Source: Pirellulales bacterium (GTDB lineage Bacteria; Planctomycetota; Planctomycetia; Pirellulales; JAICIG01). From it: a stretch of 33,820 bases of DNA. The notes beneath the pieces were generated by a model. It worked only from the letters and a program-made list of their open reading frames with translations. It did not search any database and had not been told where the DNA came from. The stretch is taken from positions 1 through 33,820 of the forward strand of contig JBBDYJ010000019.1 in the NCBI GenBank assembly GCA_040901675.1. Reading direction: 5' to 3'. Shown in pieces: positions 7,768-17,250 of the stretch. Position numbers and translations under genes: made by a program. Positions within the stretch are counted from its first letter, which is position 1, and every line of letters starts with the position of its first letter.

Positions 7768-8145
7768 CTACTGGGCCACGGCCATCCGGTTCAAGAGCGG
7801 AAAGAGCTTGTCGAGACGAAGCGGCTTGACCATGTGGTCGAAGAAACCCGCCTCTTTCGATCGGCGCTGATCGTCTTCCGCGCTGAGGGCCGTGATTGCG
7901 ATCAACATGGCCGAGGGGTGCTGTCTGCGAAGCCTGCGGGCGGTTTCCCAACCGTCGATGCCGGGCATGCGCAGGTCGAGCAGGACCAGGTGCGGTGGAA
8001 ACGAACCGACCAGCTCCAGGCACTCGGTCCCGCTGTGACAGACTTGCACCTCCCGGCCGGGCCCGCGCAGCAACATGGCCAGAATCTCGGTGGTGTCCGG
8101 GTCGTCGTCGACGATCAAAATGCGGATGGGATTTGCGCTGATCAC
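7768..8145 (-). CDS. Single-domain CheY-like response regulator (125 aa)
   Basis: RILIVDDD, LVLLDLRMPGIDG (phospho-acceptor Asp), IAITA, MVKP; GTG start at 8145. Confidence 0.93.
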   Translation of the reverse strand: MISANPIRILIVDDDPDTTEILAMLLRGPGREVQVCHSGTECLELVGSFPPHLVLLDLRMPGIDGWETARRLRRQHPSAMLIAITALSAEDDQRRSKEAGFFDHMVKPLRLDKLFPLLNRMAVAQ

Positions 8146-8428
8146 TTCACCACTCTGCCGCCATCGGAAAGGAGCGGGCGACCCTCGAAACGAAACGAGG
8201 TCGCGGGGCCACATGCCCAGAACAACCTGAATTCTAGCGTCCTGGCCAACTCGGGCAAGGCGCGGCTCGCTCGTGCGGGCCGGCAAGCCGCCGCCAAGCC
8301 GCCAACGGCGGGCTTTTGGCCCCCCACCCGAGAGTGGTCGAACCCACAAAGATCACCCTAAAGAGCACGAAGACCGGACGGGCGACCGCACGCGCAGTGT
8401 GCCGCGGGAGCCTGAGGGCTACCAGAGC

Positions 8429-8454
8429 TTCCTCACGCGGAGCGTGAGGGCTAC
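8429..8454 (-). repeat. GTAG-type REP palindrome
   Basis: Minus strand GTAGC-CCTCACGC-TCC-GCGTGAGG-AA; partial copies (tgagggctac, tgagggctgc) at 8413-8422 and 8459-8468. Confidence 0.7.
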
Positions 8455-8468
8455 TGTGTGAGGGCTGC

Positions 8469-9935
8469 TTAGCGTTGGCGGCAAGTATAGACGAGATCGT
8501 CGAAGTAGACGTACTGCCCGTTTCCGTCGATCCAGGTGGTCACGAGGCCGAAACGATCAAAAGTGGTGCCCCCCTCCCCGGCGCTCTCGGGCAGGTCGAT
8601 GCTCACCGATTGGCCGTCCAGCGTGACTTTCACCCGGCCCGGCCTGCCGGCGGCGCCGGGTGAGTAAGCGAACGTCCAATCATGGGCGTCGCCGTTGGGC
8701 AGAATCCGCGGGCGATCCGGGCCGTCGGCGTAGCCGCTGGCCCCTCCCTGGAATCGATACATCGGATAAAAGAAGAACCCTTCGCTGCTGGGCCCCTCGA
8801 TCGAAACGCCCAGGAAGTTTTGCGGTATCCCCGAGCTCTGCGATTGCGTCACCGCCACGCTCTCGCGCGAGTGGAAAAAACCGATCAGCGTGGTGCTGTC
8901 GCTCACGCCGCGCCGCATGGCCACCTTGCCGGCGGCCTGGAGCGGCTTGCCAAGCGTCAGCTCGTCCACTCGGTCGCCATAGTAGGCCAGCCGCTCCGGG
9001 TAACGGCAGTCGCCGCGAAACACGTGCCCGCCCAGCTCGCCGGCCGCCGCGCCGCCCGCAAAATGCGTCGGGCTGAAGCCGAAGTTGAAGCGGGGCCGGA
9101 CGTCGCTGGTCACGAACTCGCGGCGGTTATTCAATGCTTCCCAGCCCGGCTCGCCGTCGAACGGCTCCCCCTCCCCGTTGATCACCACGTCGTCCACCCA
9201 CAGCTCGCCGCCGGTGTCGGAGTGCTTGACGATGTTCAACAGGCCGAAGCGATTGAACCTGGCTCCATCCTGCTTGTGCCCGGGAGTCAGGTGGCAGACT
9301 GCCGTCTGGTTGTCGATCGTCACGGTGACGCTGCCCTGGCCGCCGTTGGCATCCGGGTCGTACTGGAGCGACCACGTGTGCGGCCGGCCGCTTGCGAAAC
9401 CGGCGAGCCGGTCTCGGCCCGTTTCGGGGTCGGCGACGGTCGGAAAGCCGCCGGGGCTGTCGGCGCCGGCCCGCCAGCGGCTGGTCATGTATTCGACATA
9501 CGCGTAGAACACGTCGCCGCGGCCGTAGAGGCGAATGGCGATCGTGTTGGGGGTCCGCCATTCGTTGGTGGTTTCGGAATTGAAGAATCCGAGCAGGGCG
9601 TTGAAATGCCGCCCCGTGCAGGCCAGCGTCCCGGAGGCCGTCAGCCGATCGTCGAACGTCGCCGTTGGGATCTTTTTGGCGTACCAGGCCGCTTTGGCGT
9701 CGGGTGTGACCAGGCCGCCGATCTCGCCCGCCGCCTTTCCACCCGCGTGATTGGTGGGGCTGTAGCCGAAATCTTGTTCGACCCGGCGCGGTTCGGGGCC
9801 TTCGGAGCGATGGTTGAGCCCGTCCCAGTGCGGATCGCGGTCGAACGATTCGCGCCGCTCCTCGGCCGCCAGCCGAGCGGTGCAAAGGACCAGGACCAGC
9901 GAGGCCGCCATCCAACCGCGGGAGAATATGACCAT
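8469..9935 (-). CDS. Secreted hypothetical protein (488 aa) made of two homologous beta-sandwich-like halves
   Basis: Signal peptide MVIFSRGWMAASLVLVLCTARLAA; internal duplication (FGYSPTNHAGGKAAGEIGG / FGFSPTHFAGGAAAGELGG; FNRFGLL / FDRFGLV). Confidence 0.85.
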   Translation of the reverse strand: MVIFSRGWMAASLVLVLCTARLAAEERRESFDRDPHWDGLNHRSEGPEPRRVEQDFGYSPTNHAGGKAAGEIGGLVTPDAKAAWYAKKIPTATFDDRLTASGTLACTGRHFNALLGFFNSETTNEWRTPNTIAIRLYGRGDVFYAYVEYMTSRWRAGADSPGGFPTVADPETGRDRLAGFASGRPHTWSLQYDPDANGGQGSVTVTIDNQTAVCHLTPGHKQDGARFNRFGLLNIVKHSDTGGELWVDDVVINGEGEPFDGEPGWEALNNRREFVTSDVRPRFNFGFSPTHFAGGAAAGELGGHVFRGDCRYPERLAYYGDRVDELTLGKPLQAAGKVAMRRGVSDSTTLIGFFHSRESVAVTQSQSSGIPQNFLGVSIEGPSSEGFFFYPMYRFQGGASGYADGPDRPRILPNGDAHDWTFAYSPGAAGRPGRVKVTLDGQSVSIDLPESAGEGGTTFDRFGLVTTWIDGNGQYVYFDDLVYTCRQR

Positions 9936-10191
9936 CCGAAGACCTTTAGCCAGTTTTTTCGTTGTTGTGGACTCAATCAGGAAATCCCTGCTGCGCCAAG
10001 GTATTGGGGCGGCTCTTTCGCTGCAAGTATCTTTCCTCGCGTTGCACGGTGCGAGAAGGGAGGGACCATCGCCCCGATGCAGACCAGAAAAGGCCCAAAA
10101 GGGACGAGGTTGCAGCGCGCGTGGGCGCGGGGGACAATCGTGGCGGAGAGGGGGCTTCCAATGCACGGACCTTCACGATAAGGAACAATCG

Positions 10192-11202
10192 ATGAACGCC
10201 CAGAGCAGCAAGCGTCGCTGGTGGCAGTTCAGACTCAGGACGCTTTTGATCGCCGTGCTCGTGCTGAGCCTCCCTTTGGGCTGGTTGAGTTGGCGCCTCA
10301 AACAAGCGGCCGACCAGCGGCGGGCGGTCGGCGCGTTTCGCGATGCCGGTGGTCTCGTTGGCTACGACTACGGTCCCCAGTACGAACGCGATTTGCCCAA
10401 TTCACCTGCTCTGGGCGGGCCGGGCCCGGCTCCTGAACCCCCGTGGCCGGAGTGGCTGCGCGATCGCGTCGGGGATGATTTCTTTTTTGGCATCAAGGAG
10501 GTAAACTTCCCCATCATGTTCGTAAACCCCCCGTCTGCGTTTCCAACTGTCACGGACGAGCTACTGGTGGATCTGAAGGACCTTCGCGGTCCAAGAGAGC
10601 TACAGATCCACAGCAACCGAGTGACCGACGAGGGCCTCCGCATCTTGCCGGAGTTGCCGACGCTTCGGCAACTGGCCCTCTATACTCCGAACGTTACTGA
10701 TGCCGGTCTTAGCCACGTGTCGCAGTTGTGGATGCTGGAATTCCTGGCGCTCGATAGTCCGCATGTCACCAACGAGGGGCTTGGCCACCTGTCGCAATTG
10801 CGGAAGCTGCAACATCTGAACCTCGTTGCTCCGAATGTCACCGATGCCGGGCTTAGGCACCTATCGCAGTTGCGAATGCTGGAATCCCTGACCCTCGATA
10901 CGCCCGATGTGACCGATGCAGGGCTTGGGAATTTGTCGGAGTTGCGGCTGCTGCGATATCTGAACCTCGGTACTCCGAATGTCACCGATGCCGGGCTGGT
11001 TTATCTCGAGCCGCTTAAGCAACTCAAGCGTCTATCGTTGCGTGGAACGAAGGTGACGGACGCCGGCGTGGCGAAGCTCAGGCAGTCGCTGCCCGACACG
11101 CAAATCTTCTACAAGTTCGACGCCAGCGGCAGGCCAGTCGAGCAGGGCGGCCCTTCACGACGGCCATCGCCCAGATCGAACCGTCCGACACCGAGGCCCT
11201 GA
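10192..11202 (+). CDS. Membrane-anchored leucine-rich repeat protein (336 aa), planctomycete type
   Basis: AAGGA RBS; RRWWQFRLRTLL leader + TM helix; about eight 24-aa LRRs (LxxLxLxxxxVTDAGLxxL). Confidence 0.92.
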   Translation: MNAQSSKRRWWQFRLRTLLIAVLVLSLPLGWLSWRLKQAADQRRAVGAFRDAGGLVGYDYGPQYERDLPNSPALGGPGPAPEPPWPEWLRDRVGDDFFFGIKEVNFPIMFVNPPSAFPTVTDELLVDLKDLRGPRELQIHSNRVTDEGLRILPELPTLRQLALYTPNVTDAGLSHVSQLWMLEFLALDSPHVTNEGLGHLSQLRKLQHLNLVAPNVTDAGLRHLSQLRMLESLTLDTPDVTDAGLGNLSELRLLRYLNLGTPNVTDAGLVYLEPLKQLKRLSLRGTKVTDAGVAKLRQSLPDTQIFYKFDASGRPVEQGGPSRRPSPRSNRPTPRP

Positions 11203-11266
11203 GGCAAGAATCAGTCCGGGAGTTTAATCAGAATGTCGGACCCCGAAATGAGGACTCGTTTGGCCG

Positions 11267-11662
11267 ATGAGCACCGTTGCCGAATACCGCGAACTGATCC
11301 AGAAGTACCTGCCGCGGCCGATCCGCAACGCGGTCGATTATCGGCGGGCCATGCGGCAGCTCGAAAAGCTGATGGTCCCCCAGCCTGACCCGGCGCGGAG
11401 CATGCTGATCGAGGTGCTCTCGACCTTGATCGAACAGTACGAAAGCCGCGACTACCCTGCTGCGGACCGCACGGCGGCCGAGATGCTTGCCCATTGCATC
11501 GAGTCGCGCCAGGTCACGCCCGCCCAAGTGGCCAAGGATACTGGGATTCCGCAGGCCACGCTCAGCAACGTACTGGCTGGACGGCGAGGGATCAGCAAGG
11601 CAAATGCCGTGAAACTGGGCCGGTATTTTCACGTTCCGGCGACGGTATTTCTCGAACAGTGA
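11267..11662 (+). CDS. higA: HigA-family antitoxin / Xre HTH regulator (orphan)
   Basis: PRPIRNAVDYRRAM...LIEVLSTLIEQYE N-domain + HTH (QVAKDTGIPQATLSNVLAGRRGISKANAVKLGRYF); GAGGA RBS. Confidence 0.85.
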   Translation: MSTVAEYRELIQKYLPRPIRNAVDYRRAMRQLEKLMVPQPDPARSMLIEVLSTLIEQYESRDYPAADRTAAEMLAHCIESRQVTPAQVAKDTGIPQATLSNVLAGRRGISKANAVKLGRYFHVPATVFLEQ

Positions 11663-11683
11663 CGGTGCGGGGCGGAGATCGAC

Positions 11684-11860
11684 CTAACGGCTGACTTCCT
11701 GCTCGCGGAGGCGCTGCTCCCAGTAGAAGTACTGCGGGTCGCCGGAGCGGAAGGCGAATACGGCGTCGGGCGGCCGATGCCCGTTGGTGTTCCGCGAGCG
11801 CACGCGCACCACGAGCGCGCCGTCGCCGCGACGCTCGATTTGCCAGGAATGATGGTCCAT
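11684..11860 (-). CDS. Small hypothetical protein (58 aa), missed by the ORF track
   Basis: Hand translation MDHHSWQIERRGDGALVVRVRSRNTNGHRPPDAVFAFRSGDPQYFYWEQRLREQEVSR; GC3-biased codons; fills the gap between higA and ogt. Confidence 0.7.
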   Translation of the reverse strand: MDHHSWQIERRGDGALVVRVRSRNTNGHRPPDAVFAFRSGDPQYFYWEQRLREQEVSR

Positions 11861-12027
11861 GCCCGTCTCTGCCCTGCCGCCAGCCGACGCCCGTCCCCAG
11901 ACAAGGCCGGCGCGACCGCCACCCGGCGGTGGAACAAGCAGCCACCCGGCGGCGGAACAGGCAGCTTTCAGCCGTCACCTGACCGGCGCCGGTCTCGTCT
12001 TAGTTTGACGGAAGTCGCCTTTCAATT

Positions 12028-12582
12028 CTAGGCCGAAAATTGCGAGGCCTGGCGGGCGCCTTCCAGCTCCAGCAGACGCAGCTTCATGCGGACGCCTTCG
12101 CCCGCCGAGTAGCCGCCCAGGCCGGCGCCGGCGGCCACGACGCGATGGCAGGGCACCACCAGCGGCGTGGCGTTGATCCGCATCACGTTGCCCACGGCCC
12201 GGGCCGCCCGCGGGCAACCGGCCAGGACGGCCAGGGCGCCGTAGGTCAGCGTGCGCCCGTATTCGACGCGGCGGCAGTGGCGCACCACCTCCCGCTGGAA
12301 GGCGGTCTGTCCCGATTCGTCCAGAGGCACGTCGGCAAAATCGTCCCGGCGCCCGTCGGCATAGGCCTGCAATCGCCGCACGAGCCGGGGGTTCCAATCC
12401 TCGACGGGAGGCACTTCCTCGACAGCCAGGTTCAAGCCGGTCAGGGCCGCTCCGGGCGAGGCATGGCCGAAAGTGAGCTGCTTGAGCCTGAATCGCTTTG
12501 CCGCCGGCGAACCGCCCACAATGGCCATCCAGCCCAGCGCCGAAGGAAAGACGGCGACGCGGTCCTCGTCGTGGCTGGTCAT
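12028..12582 (-). CDS. ogt: Methylated-DNA--protein-cysteine methyltransferase
   Basis: TAFQREV, YGRTLTYGALA, AARAVG, active-site PCHRVV, GLGGYS; real start ATG 12582 inside the long shadow ORF. Confidence 0.93.
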   Translation of the reverse strand: MTSHDEDRVAVFPSALGWMAIVGGSPAAKRFRLKQLTFGHASPGAALTGLNLAVEEVPPVEDWNPRLVRRLQAYADGRRDDFADVPLDESGQTAFQREVVRHCRRVEYGRTLTYGALAVLAGCPRAARAVGNVMRINATPLVVPCHRVVAAGAGLGGYSAGEGVRMKLRLLELEGARQASQFSA

Positions 12583-12705
12583 AAGCCGGGCCCTTTGCCA
12601 GCCAGGAGGGAGCACGGAATCCGCCGCACGGGCCGCACAAGCGGGCGTCGATCCGGGGTACGCCCACGCCTGCAAACGGCTGCCCGCGCCCGGCGGAAAG
12701 GCTCT

Positions 12706-12735
12706 TTGACAGTTTCCGCCGCGGCATTCTATACT
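12706..12735 (+). promoter_or_regulatory. Near-consensus sigma70 promoter for the 12835 operon
   Basis: TTGACA-18 nt-TATACT; the -35 is enclosed by a perfect 9-bp inverted repeat (12691-12699 / 12713-12721). Confidence 0.7.
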
Positions 12736-12834
12736 GCCAATTGCACGTTGCAAGAGACAGGGGGCGTTGCCGGCAGACGTCCGCGGCCGGTGGCGTCGAG
12801 TCCGGCCACTTGACCGCGCGAAGGAATTCTTTGA

Positions 12835-13578
12835 ATGAATGACTATGCGTCCTTGTGTGACGATTTTTACATCAACCTCAACCTCAGTACGGAGATGGAG
12901 CTGCCGAACAACCGCGAGACCGTCCTGCACTACTTTGAGCGGATCCAGAAGAAGTACCCCACCATGCGGAACTTCTACAGCCGCGACAAGGGCGATTTCG
13001 TGCTCGAGGAAGACAAGGACCGCGGACAGTACCGCTGGGCCACCATCGAGAACCGGCGGGTCTGCTCCGGCCACGTGAACCCGGAGTCGGTCGACGAGGC
13101 CCTGGAACAGCATCGCCTGGCACTGGAGCTGGCCCCCTACATGCTCTCGGTCAGCCCGCTGGATTGCGAAGCGCTCGACCTGTTGTTCGGCTTCGACTTC
13201 ACCTACCGCGGAAATCACAACCAACTGGTGACCGAGGCCCTGGGGGTCAGCCCGGCCCTGGAACGGCTGGCCGAGGTCGCCGGCGCCAGCGTGATCAATC
13301 ACGAGCCGTCGATCACGCTGGCCCTGGACGAAGAGTGCCGGATGCAATGCCGCTTGAGCGTCGAGACGCGGACCAACGCCTACCAGGTCCGGACCGGCGA
13401 TTATCCCGAAGAGCAGCTCAGCGTCTATCTCACCGCACGGCAGTACGGCAGCCTCGGGCCCGAAGTCACCTACGTCTCGGCCCTGGAGCAACTGGCCCGC
13501 ATCTGCCACGAGATGGTCGATAACTACGTCATCGACAACGTGTTGCGGCCCTTGGCCAGGGCCATCGCCCTCAAGTAG
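12835..13578 (+). CDS. Conserved hypothetical protein (247 aa)
   Basis: AAGGA RBS, strong GC3 codon bias, natural composition; function not recognised. Confidence 0.88.
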   Translation: MNDYASLCDDFYINLNLSTEMELPNNRETVLHYFERIQKKYPTMRNFYSRDKGDFVLEEDKDRGQYRWATIENRRVCSGHVNPESVDEALEQHRLALELAPYMLSVSPLDCEALDLLFGFDFTYRGNHNQLVTEALGVSPALERLAEVAGASVINHEPSITLALDEECRMQCRLSVETRTNAYQVRTGDYPEEQLSVYLTARQYGSLGPEVTYVSALEQLARICHEMVDNYVIDNVLRPLARAIALK

Positions 13579-13623
13579 ACCCGGCACCACACCAGGGTGA
13601 TCCCTCCGACGGGCCCCACGGCC

Positions 13624-14886
13624 ATGCCCATCAGCTACAGCAGCTTTGCCGCCTCGGTGCGCGTGGAGACCGCCTTCAACGTGCTGGCCGTGGCAAAGCG
13701 GCTCAAGGCGGCCGGCAAGGACGTGATCGAGCTGGAGATCGGCGACAGTCCCTTCGAATCGACCATGGCCGCCCGGCAGGCCGGGGTCGAGGCCATCCAG
13801 AAGGGCATCTCGCACTATTGCGCCAGCGTGGGCCTGAGCGAGCTGCGGCAAGCGGCCTCGGACTATGTCAACCGCGAGCACGGCCTGGCAACGACGGCGG
13901 CCAATATCGTCGTCGGTCCGGGAGCCAAGATCTTCGAGCTCTTGTTCTGCGAGGCTTTTCTGGATCCGGGCGACGGAGTGCTGGTGTTCAGCCCCTACTT
14001 TCCCACCTACCTGCCGAACATCGCCCGCCGCGGCGCTCGGGCCTGGATCTCCGATCTGAAGCAGGCGCACGACTTCCGCCCGGAGCTGGCCGACGTCGAG
14101 CGGTTCCTCGAAAGCGATCCTCGGCCCAAGGCGATCTTTCTCAACAGCCCGCACAATCCGACCGGCGGCGTGGCCACCCAGGAAGACCTGGCCGGACTGG
14201 CCGACCGGATCCGGGGGCGGGACGTGGCGGTGCTCAGCGACGAGCCGTACGACCAGATGGTGTGGCGCGGGCGGCATCACACGCTGTTGGCCCAGCCGGG
14301 CATGCTCGAGCAATGCGTGGCGGCGTACACCTTCAGCAAGTCGTACAGCATGAGCGGCTGGCGGATCGGGTTCGCGGTGGCCAGTCCGGAAGTGGTCGAG
14401 CTGTTCAGCACGTTGTTGAACACCTCGCTGTCGTGCGTGGCGCCCTTCGTTCAACTGGCGGCCGCGGCGGCGCTGGCGCACGACGGCCCGGAGCGCGACC
14501 GGGCGATGCAGCTTTTCCGCGGCAAAGTGGCGTTTTTGGCCCGGGGCTTGAATGCGATCGAAGGCGTGCGGTGCCTGGAGCCCAGCGGCACGTTTTACGC
14601 CTTTGCGAATGTTGCCCGGATCGCGAACCCCCTGGGCATCACGTCGCACGGGTTGGCGATGTATTTGCTCGAAGGGGCCGACGACCGCCTGGGCGTGGCC
14701 TGCCTGGGGGGCGAGTCGTTCGGCGAAGCGGGCGGCGGCTTCTTGCGGTTCAGTTGCGCGGAGCCCGACGAACGGCTCGAGCAGGCCCTGGCCTTTCTCC
14801 CCGATGCTTTCTCACGGCGGCAGCGGGTGGACGATTACCTGAAGGCCCATCCGGAGTACCGGCTGAATCAACCATACCCGGTGTGA
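13624..14886 (+). CDS. PLP-dependent aminotransferase class I/II (aspartate aminotransferase-like)
   Basis: LEIGDSPF, NSPHNPTG, SDEPY, TFSKSYSMSGWRIG (PLP Lys), GTFY, FLRFS. Confidence 0.95.
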   Translation: MPISYSSFAASVRVETAFNVLAVAKRLKAAGKDVIELEIGDSPFESTMAARQAGVEAIQKGISHYCASVGLSELRQAASDYVNREHGLATTAANIVVGPGAKIFELLFCEAFLDPGDGVLVFSPYFPTYLPNIARRGARAWISDLKQAHDFRPELADVERFLESDPRPKAIFLNSPHNPTGGVATQEDLAGLADRIRGRDVAVLSDEPYDQMVWRGRHHTLLAQPGMLEQCVAAYTFSKSYSMSGWRIGFAVASPEVVELFSTLLNTSLSCVAPFVQLAAAAALAHDGPERDRAMQLFRGKVAFLARGLNAIEGVRCLEPSGTFYAFANVARIANPLGITSHGLAMYLLEGADDRLGVACLGGESFGEAGGGFLRFSCAEPDERLEQALAFLPDAFSRRQRVDDYLKAHPEYRLNQPYPV

Positions 14887-14891
14887 AAAAA

Positions 14892-15410
14892 CTAATCGCT
14901 TGCCTTCTCGGATTCGAAGTGCTGTGACGCCTCATCGAATCCTTCCTTCAGGTCCTCCCAAGCCGAATGCGCCCCGGTCTTGAGATCTTGCCAGGCTTCG
15001 GGGCTGGCGGCCTTGACCTCCTCCAGCTTCTTCCGCGCCTGTTCGCGGCGCGCCTCCAGGCGCTTCATCTGCTCCTCCCAGCGCGGGCGGGCTTCTTCCT
15101 TCAAATCGGCCGCCTTGCTCTTCAGCCTGGCCAGATCGTCGTCCAGGTCTGCCAGTTTCCTCTCCAGATCGCGCTCGAATTCTTCCTTCGTCTGGCTCAG
15201 GTACCGGCCGGTGGCCTTGGCCGCCTCCCGCACCTTGCGCTGGACTTCCTCACGCGTGATCGGTTCGTCCTCGACCGGCCTACCCTCTCCGGCGGCCGGT
15301 TGGGCCTGCGGTTGGTCGGGCGGCCGCTCGGTGCAGCCCGCAAACAGCAACCAGGCGCCAGCGATCGCCGCCCCACGTACAAAACGTCTCAGTGCAAAAC
15401 GTCTCATCAC
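14892..15410 (-). CDS. Coiled-coil lipoprotein (apolipoprotein-like / stress-protein type)
   Basis: GGAGG RBS; lipobox LFAG-C; charged amphipathic helices ending AWQDLKTGAHSAWEDLKEGF. Confidence 0.85.
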   Translation of the reverse strand: MMRRFALRRFVRGAAIAGAWLLFAGCTERPPDQPQAQPAAGEGRPVEDEPITREEVQRKVREAAKATGRYLSQTKEEFERDLERKLADLDDDLARLKSKAADLKEEARPRWEEQMKRLEARREQARKKLEEVKAASPEAWQDLKTGAHSAWEDLKEGFDEASQHFESEKASD

Positions 15411-15482
15411 GATTCACCTCCCAGGGTCAAGAGATTCAGGGTCAAAGAGACTCGGAGTCCGCCGGATGTGGGTTTCTTAGCC

Positions 15483-17186
15483 CTACTTCCCCCTTCCTCG
15501 TTCCCCCTTGTGCTCGCCGAGCACCTCGTCGCGGGCGGTCAGCACGTCGGCGATGATCGAGTGCATGTTCACCTCATCGGTGAACGGCGAGAGCACGTAC
15601 GACTTCAGCGCAGCAATCGGCGTGCCGAAATCGCTGTGGCGGTAGCAATCGGTCATCGACAGCACCACGCCGCGGCCGGACAGCGCCTGCGCGTGAACAC
15701 GCTCGAACACCAGCCGATTGAGCCGGTTGTACGCCAGCAACTCCTCCTGGAAGTCAGGATCGGTCCGCTCGCGGTCCTTGATGCTGAACGTATCGACTCC
15801 CGGCGGATAGACCCGAAACAGCGTGACCGGACCCACGTTGTCGCCGTTGAGCACCGTCAGGTCGGGGTGCGACTCCAGCCCTTCACGCAGGACTTCGGCC
15901 ATTTCCACCACGTGGCCCAGCAGGGTCCGCAGCCCCTGTCGGCCGAGCACCAAAAGGTTGGCCAGGGCGGCCATCGGACCCGTGCCGCTGCGGCTGGTTT
16001 CCAAGGTGTACATGCCCGGATGGTGCAAGCCCGACTGGTAAAGGTAGGGCATCGCTTCGCGGGGCCGGTAGACAAAGCCGAAGTCCTTGGCATCGCGAAA
16101 CAGCACCAGGGCCGACACGTAAGGAGCATAGCCCGTCTTGTGGAAGTCGATCCCGATCGAGTCGGCGAGCTTCAAGTGACGGATGCGATGGTGCGCCGCG
16201 GCCAGGGCGCGGACGGTGCGGCCTCGGAACCCCAGCTCGTTGGCGATGAAGTCGTAATCGTTGAAGGCCGACCAGGCCCAGCCGATCACCGCGTCGGCAT
16301 GGATGTGCGGGCGGTATGTCAACGAAAACTCGTCGACCAGTTGTTCGCGCAGCGCGTACAGGCCGGCCAGGTCGTCCAGGCCGAAGGCATCGGTCGAGCC
16401 CATCGTGGCCACAATCGCCGCGATCTTGCGCCCGGCCGACAACGCTTCGCGGGCCTGGTCTGCCAATCGGGCGACGACTACGGAGTTGTCCAGGTGCGTC
16501 GGCGAGAGCAGCACCTGGTCCTGCCCGATTCCCAGCCAGCCGGCGACGTTGAGCGAGGCATAGTGGCTGTGCTCGGACGCCAGCACGACCGCCTCATCGC
16601 GGATGCCTTGGTGCAGGCAGCCCGGCTGCGCCTTCTCGAGCCCTACCTTGACGCCGTACAGCAGGCCGCCCGTGCCCCCGAAGGTGAATACCCCGCCGGC
16701 GGTGGCGGGGTCATAGCCCACCAGCTCCGCCGCCATGGCCGTGGCACGCACCTCGGCCGCCGAAACGCCCCGCCCGCTCTCGTCGCTGCAAAGGTTGGGA
16801 TTGTAGGTCGAAGCCAGCAGCACGCCGACAATTCCGGCAATCGAAGGCTGAGGGATGACGTTCACCTGGCTCTGCGGATGCCCCCAGATGAACATCCCTT
16901 CCAAATGCCGTACCAGCTCGGCGATGACCTCTTCGAGTGGGCGGCCGGTCTCCGCCACGCGCGAGGCGAGTGCGGCCGCATAGTCGGGATCGACCGGCGA
17001 GCCGAGGATGGCGGCCTGCCCCTTGAGGCGATCGACCTGGTCCAAGGCGCGGAGAATCGAGAACACGACGTAGGCGTCGTGTACCGGATCGGACACGGGC
17101 TGCGGAAACTGCCGGCGCAGCGATTCGAGCAGCTCGCGGTAGCGCGGGGCCGGCGGAAACGGCTGGGCGATTGGCGGCGGTGGCAT
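15483..17186 (-). CDS. Group II PLP-dependent amino-acid decarboxylase (DDC/GAD/DABA decarboxylase family)
   Basis: FTFGGTGG, SHYAS, TMGSTDAFGLD, HIHADAVIGW, SIGIDFHKTGYAPY (PLP Lys). Confidence 0.93.
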   Translation of the reverse strand: MPPPPIAQPFPPAPRYRELLESLRRQFPQPVSDPVHDAYVVFSILRALDQVDRLKGQAAILGSPVDPDYAAALASRVAETGRPLEEVIAELVRHLEGMFIWGHPQSQVNVIPQPSIAGIVGVLLASTYNPNLCSDESGRGVSAAEVRATAMAAELVGYDPATAGGVFTFGGTGGLLYGVKVGLEKAQPGCLHQGIRDEAVVLASEHSHYASLNVAGWLGIGQDQVLLSPTHLDNSVVVARLADQAREALSAGRKIAAIVATMGSTDAFGLDDLAGLYALREQLVDEFSLTYRPHIHADAVIGWAWSAFNDYDFIANELGFRGRTVRALAAAHHRIRHLKLADSIGIDFHKTGYAPYVSALVLFRDAKDFGFVYRPREAMPYLYQSGLHHPGMYTLETSRSGTGPMAALANLLVLGRQGLRTLLGHVVEMAEVLREGLESHPDLTVLNGDNVGPVTLFRVYPPGVDTFSIKDRERTDPDFQEELLAYNRLNRLVFERVHAQALSGRGVVLSMTDCYRHSDFGTPIAALKSYVLSPFTDEVNMHSIIADVLTARDEVLGEHKGERGRGK

Positions 17187-17250
17187 GGCAGCACATTTTA
17201 GCGGCAGCGGGGCAATCGGGCAGGGCGCGGCCCATAAATGGCCGGGCTTT

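Noticed and set aside
10660..11090. 72-bp periodic nucleotide similarity that could look like a CRISPR array or DGR repeat
   Set aside because: Fully explained by 24-aa LRR coding repeats; no unique spacers, cas genes or reverse transcriptase
12583..14649. 873-aa ORF suggesting a giant Ogt fusion
   Set aside because: The upstream 689 codons are the antisense shadow of two real plus-strand genes and cross their promoter
15380..15450. Short duplications (caaaacgtctca x2; cagggtcaa..gaga x2)
   Set aside because: Two-copy local duplications with no evident function
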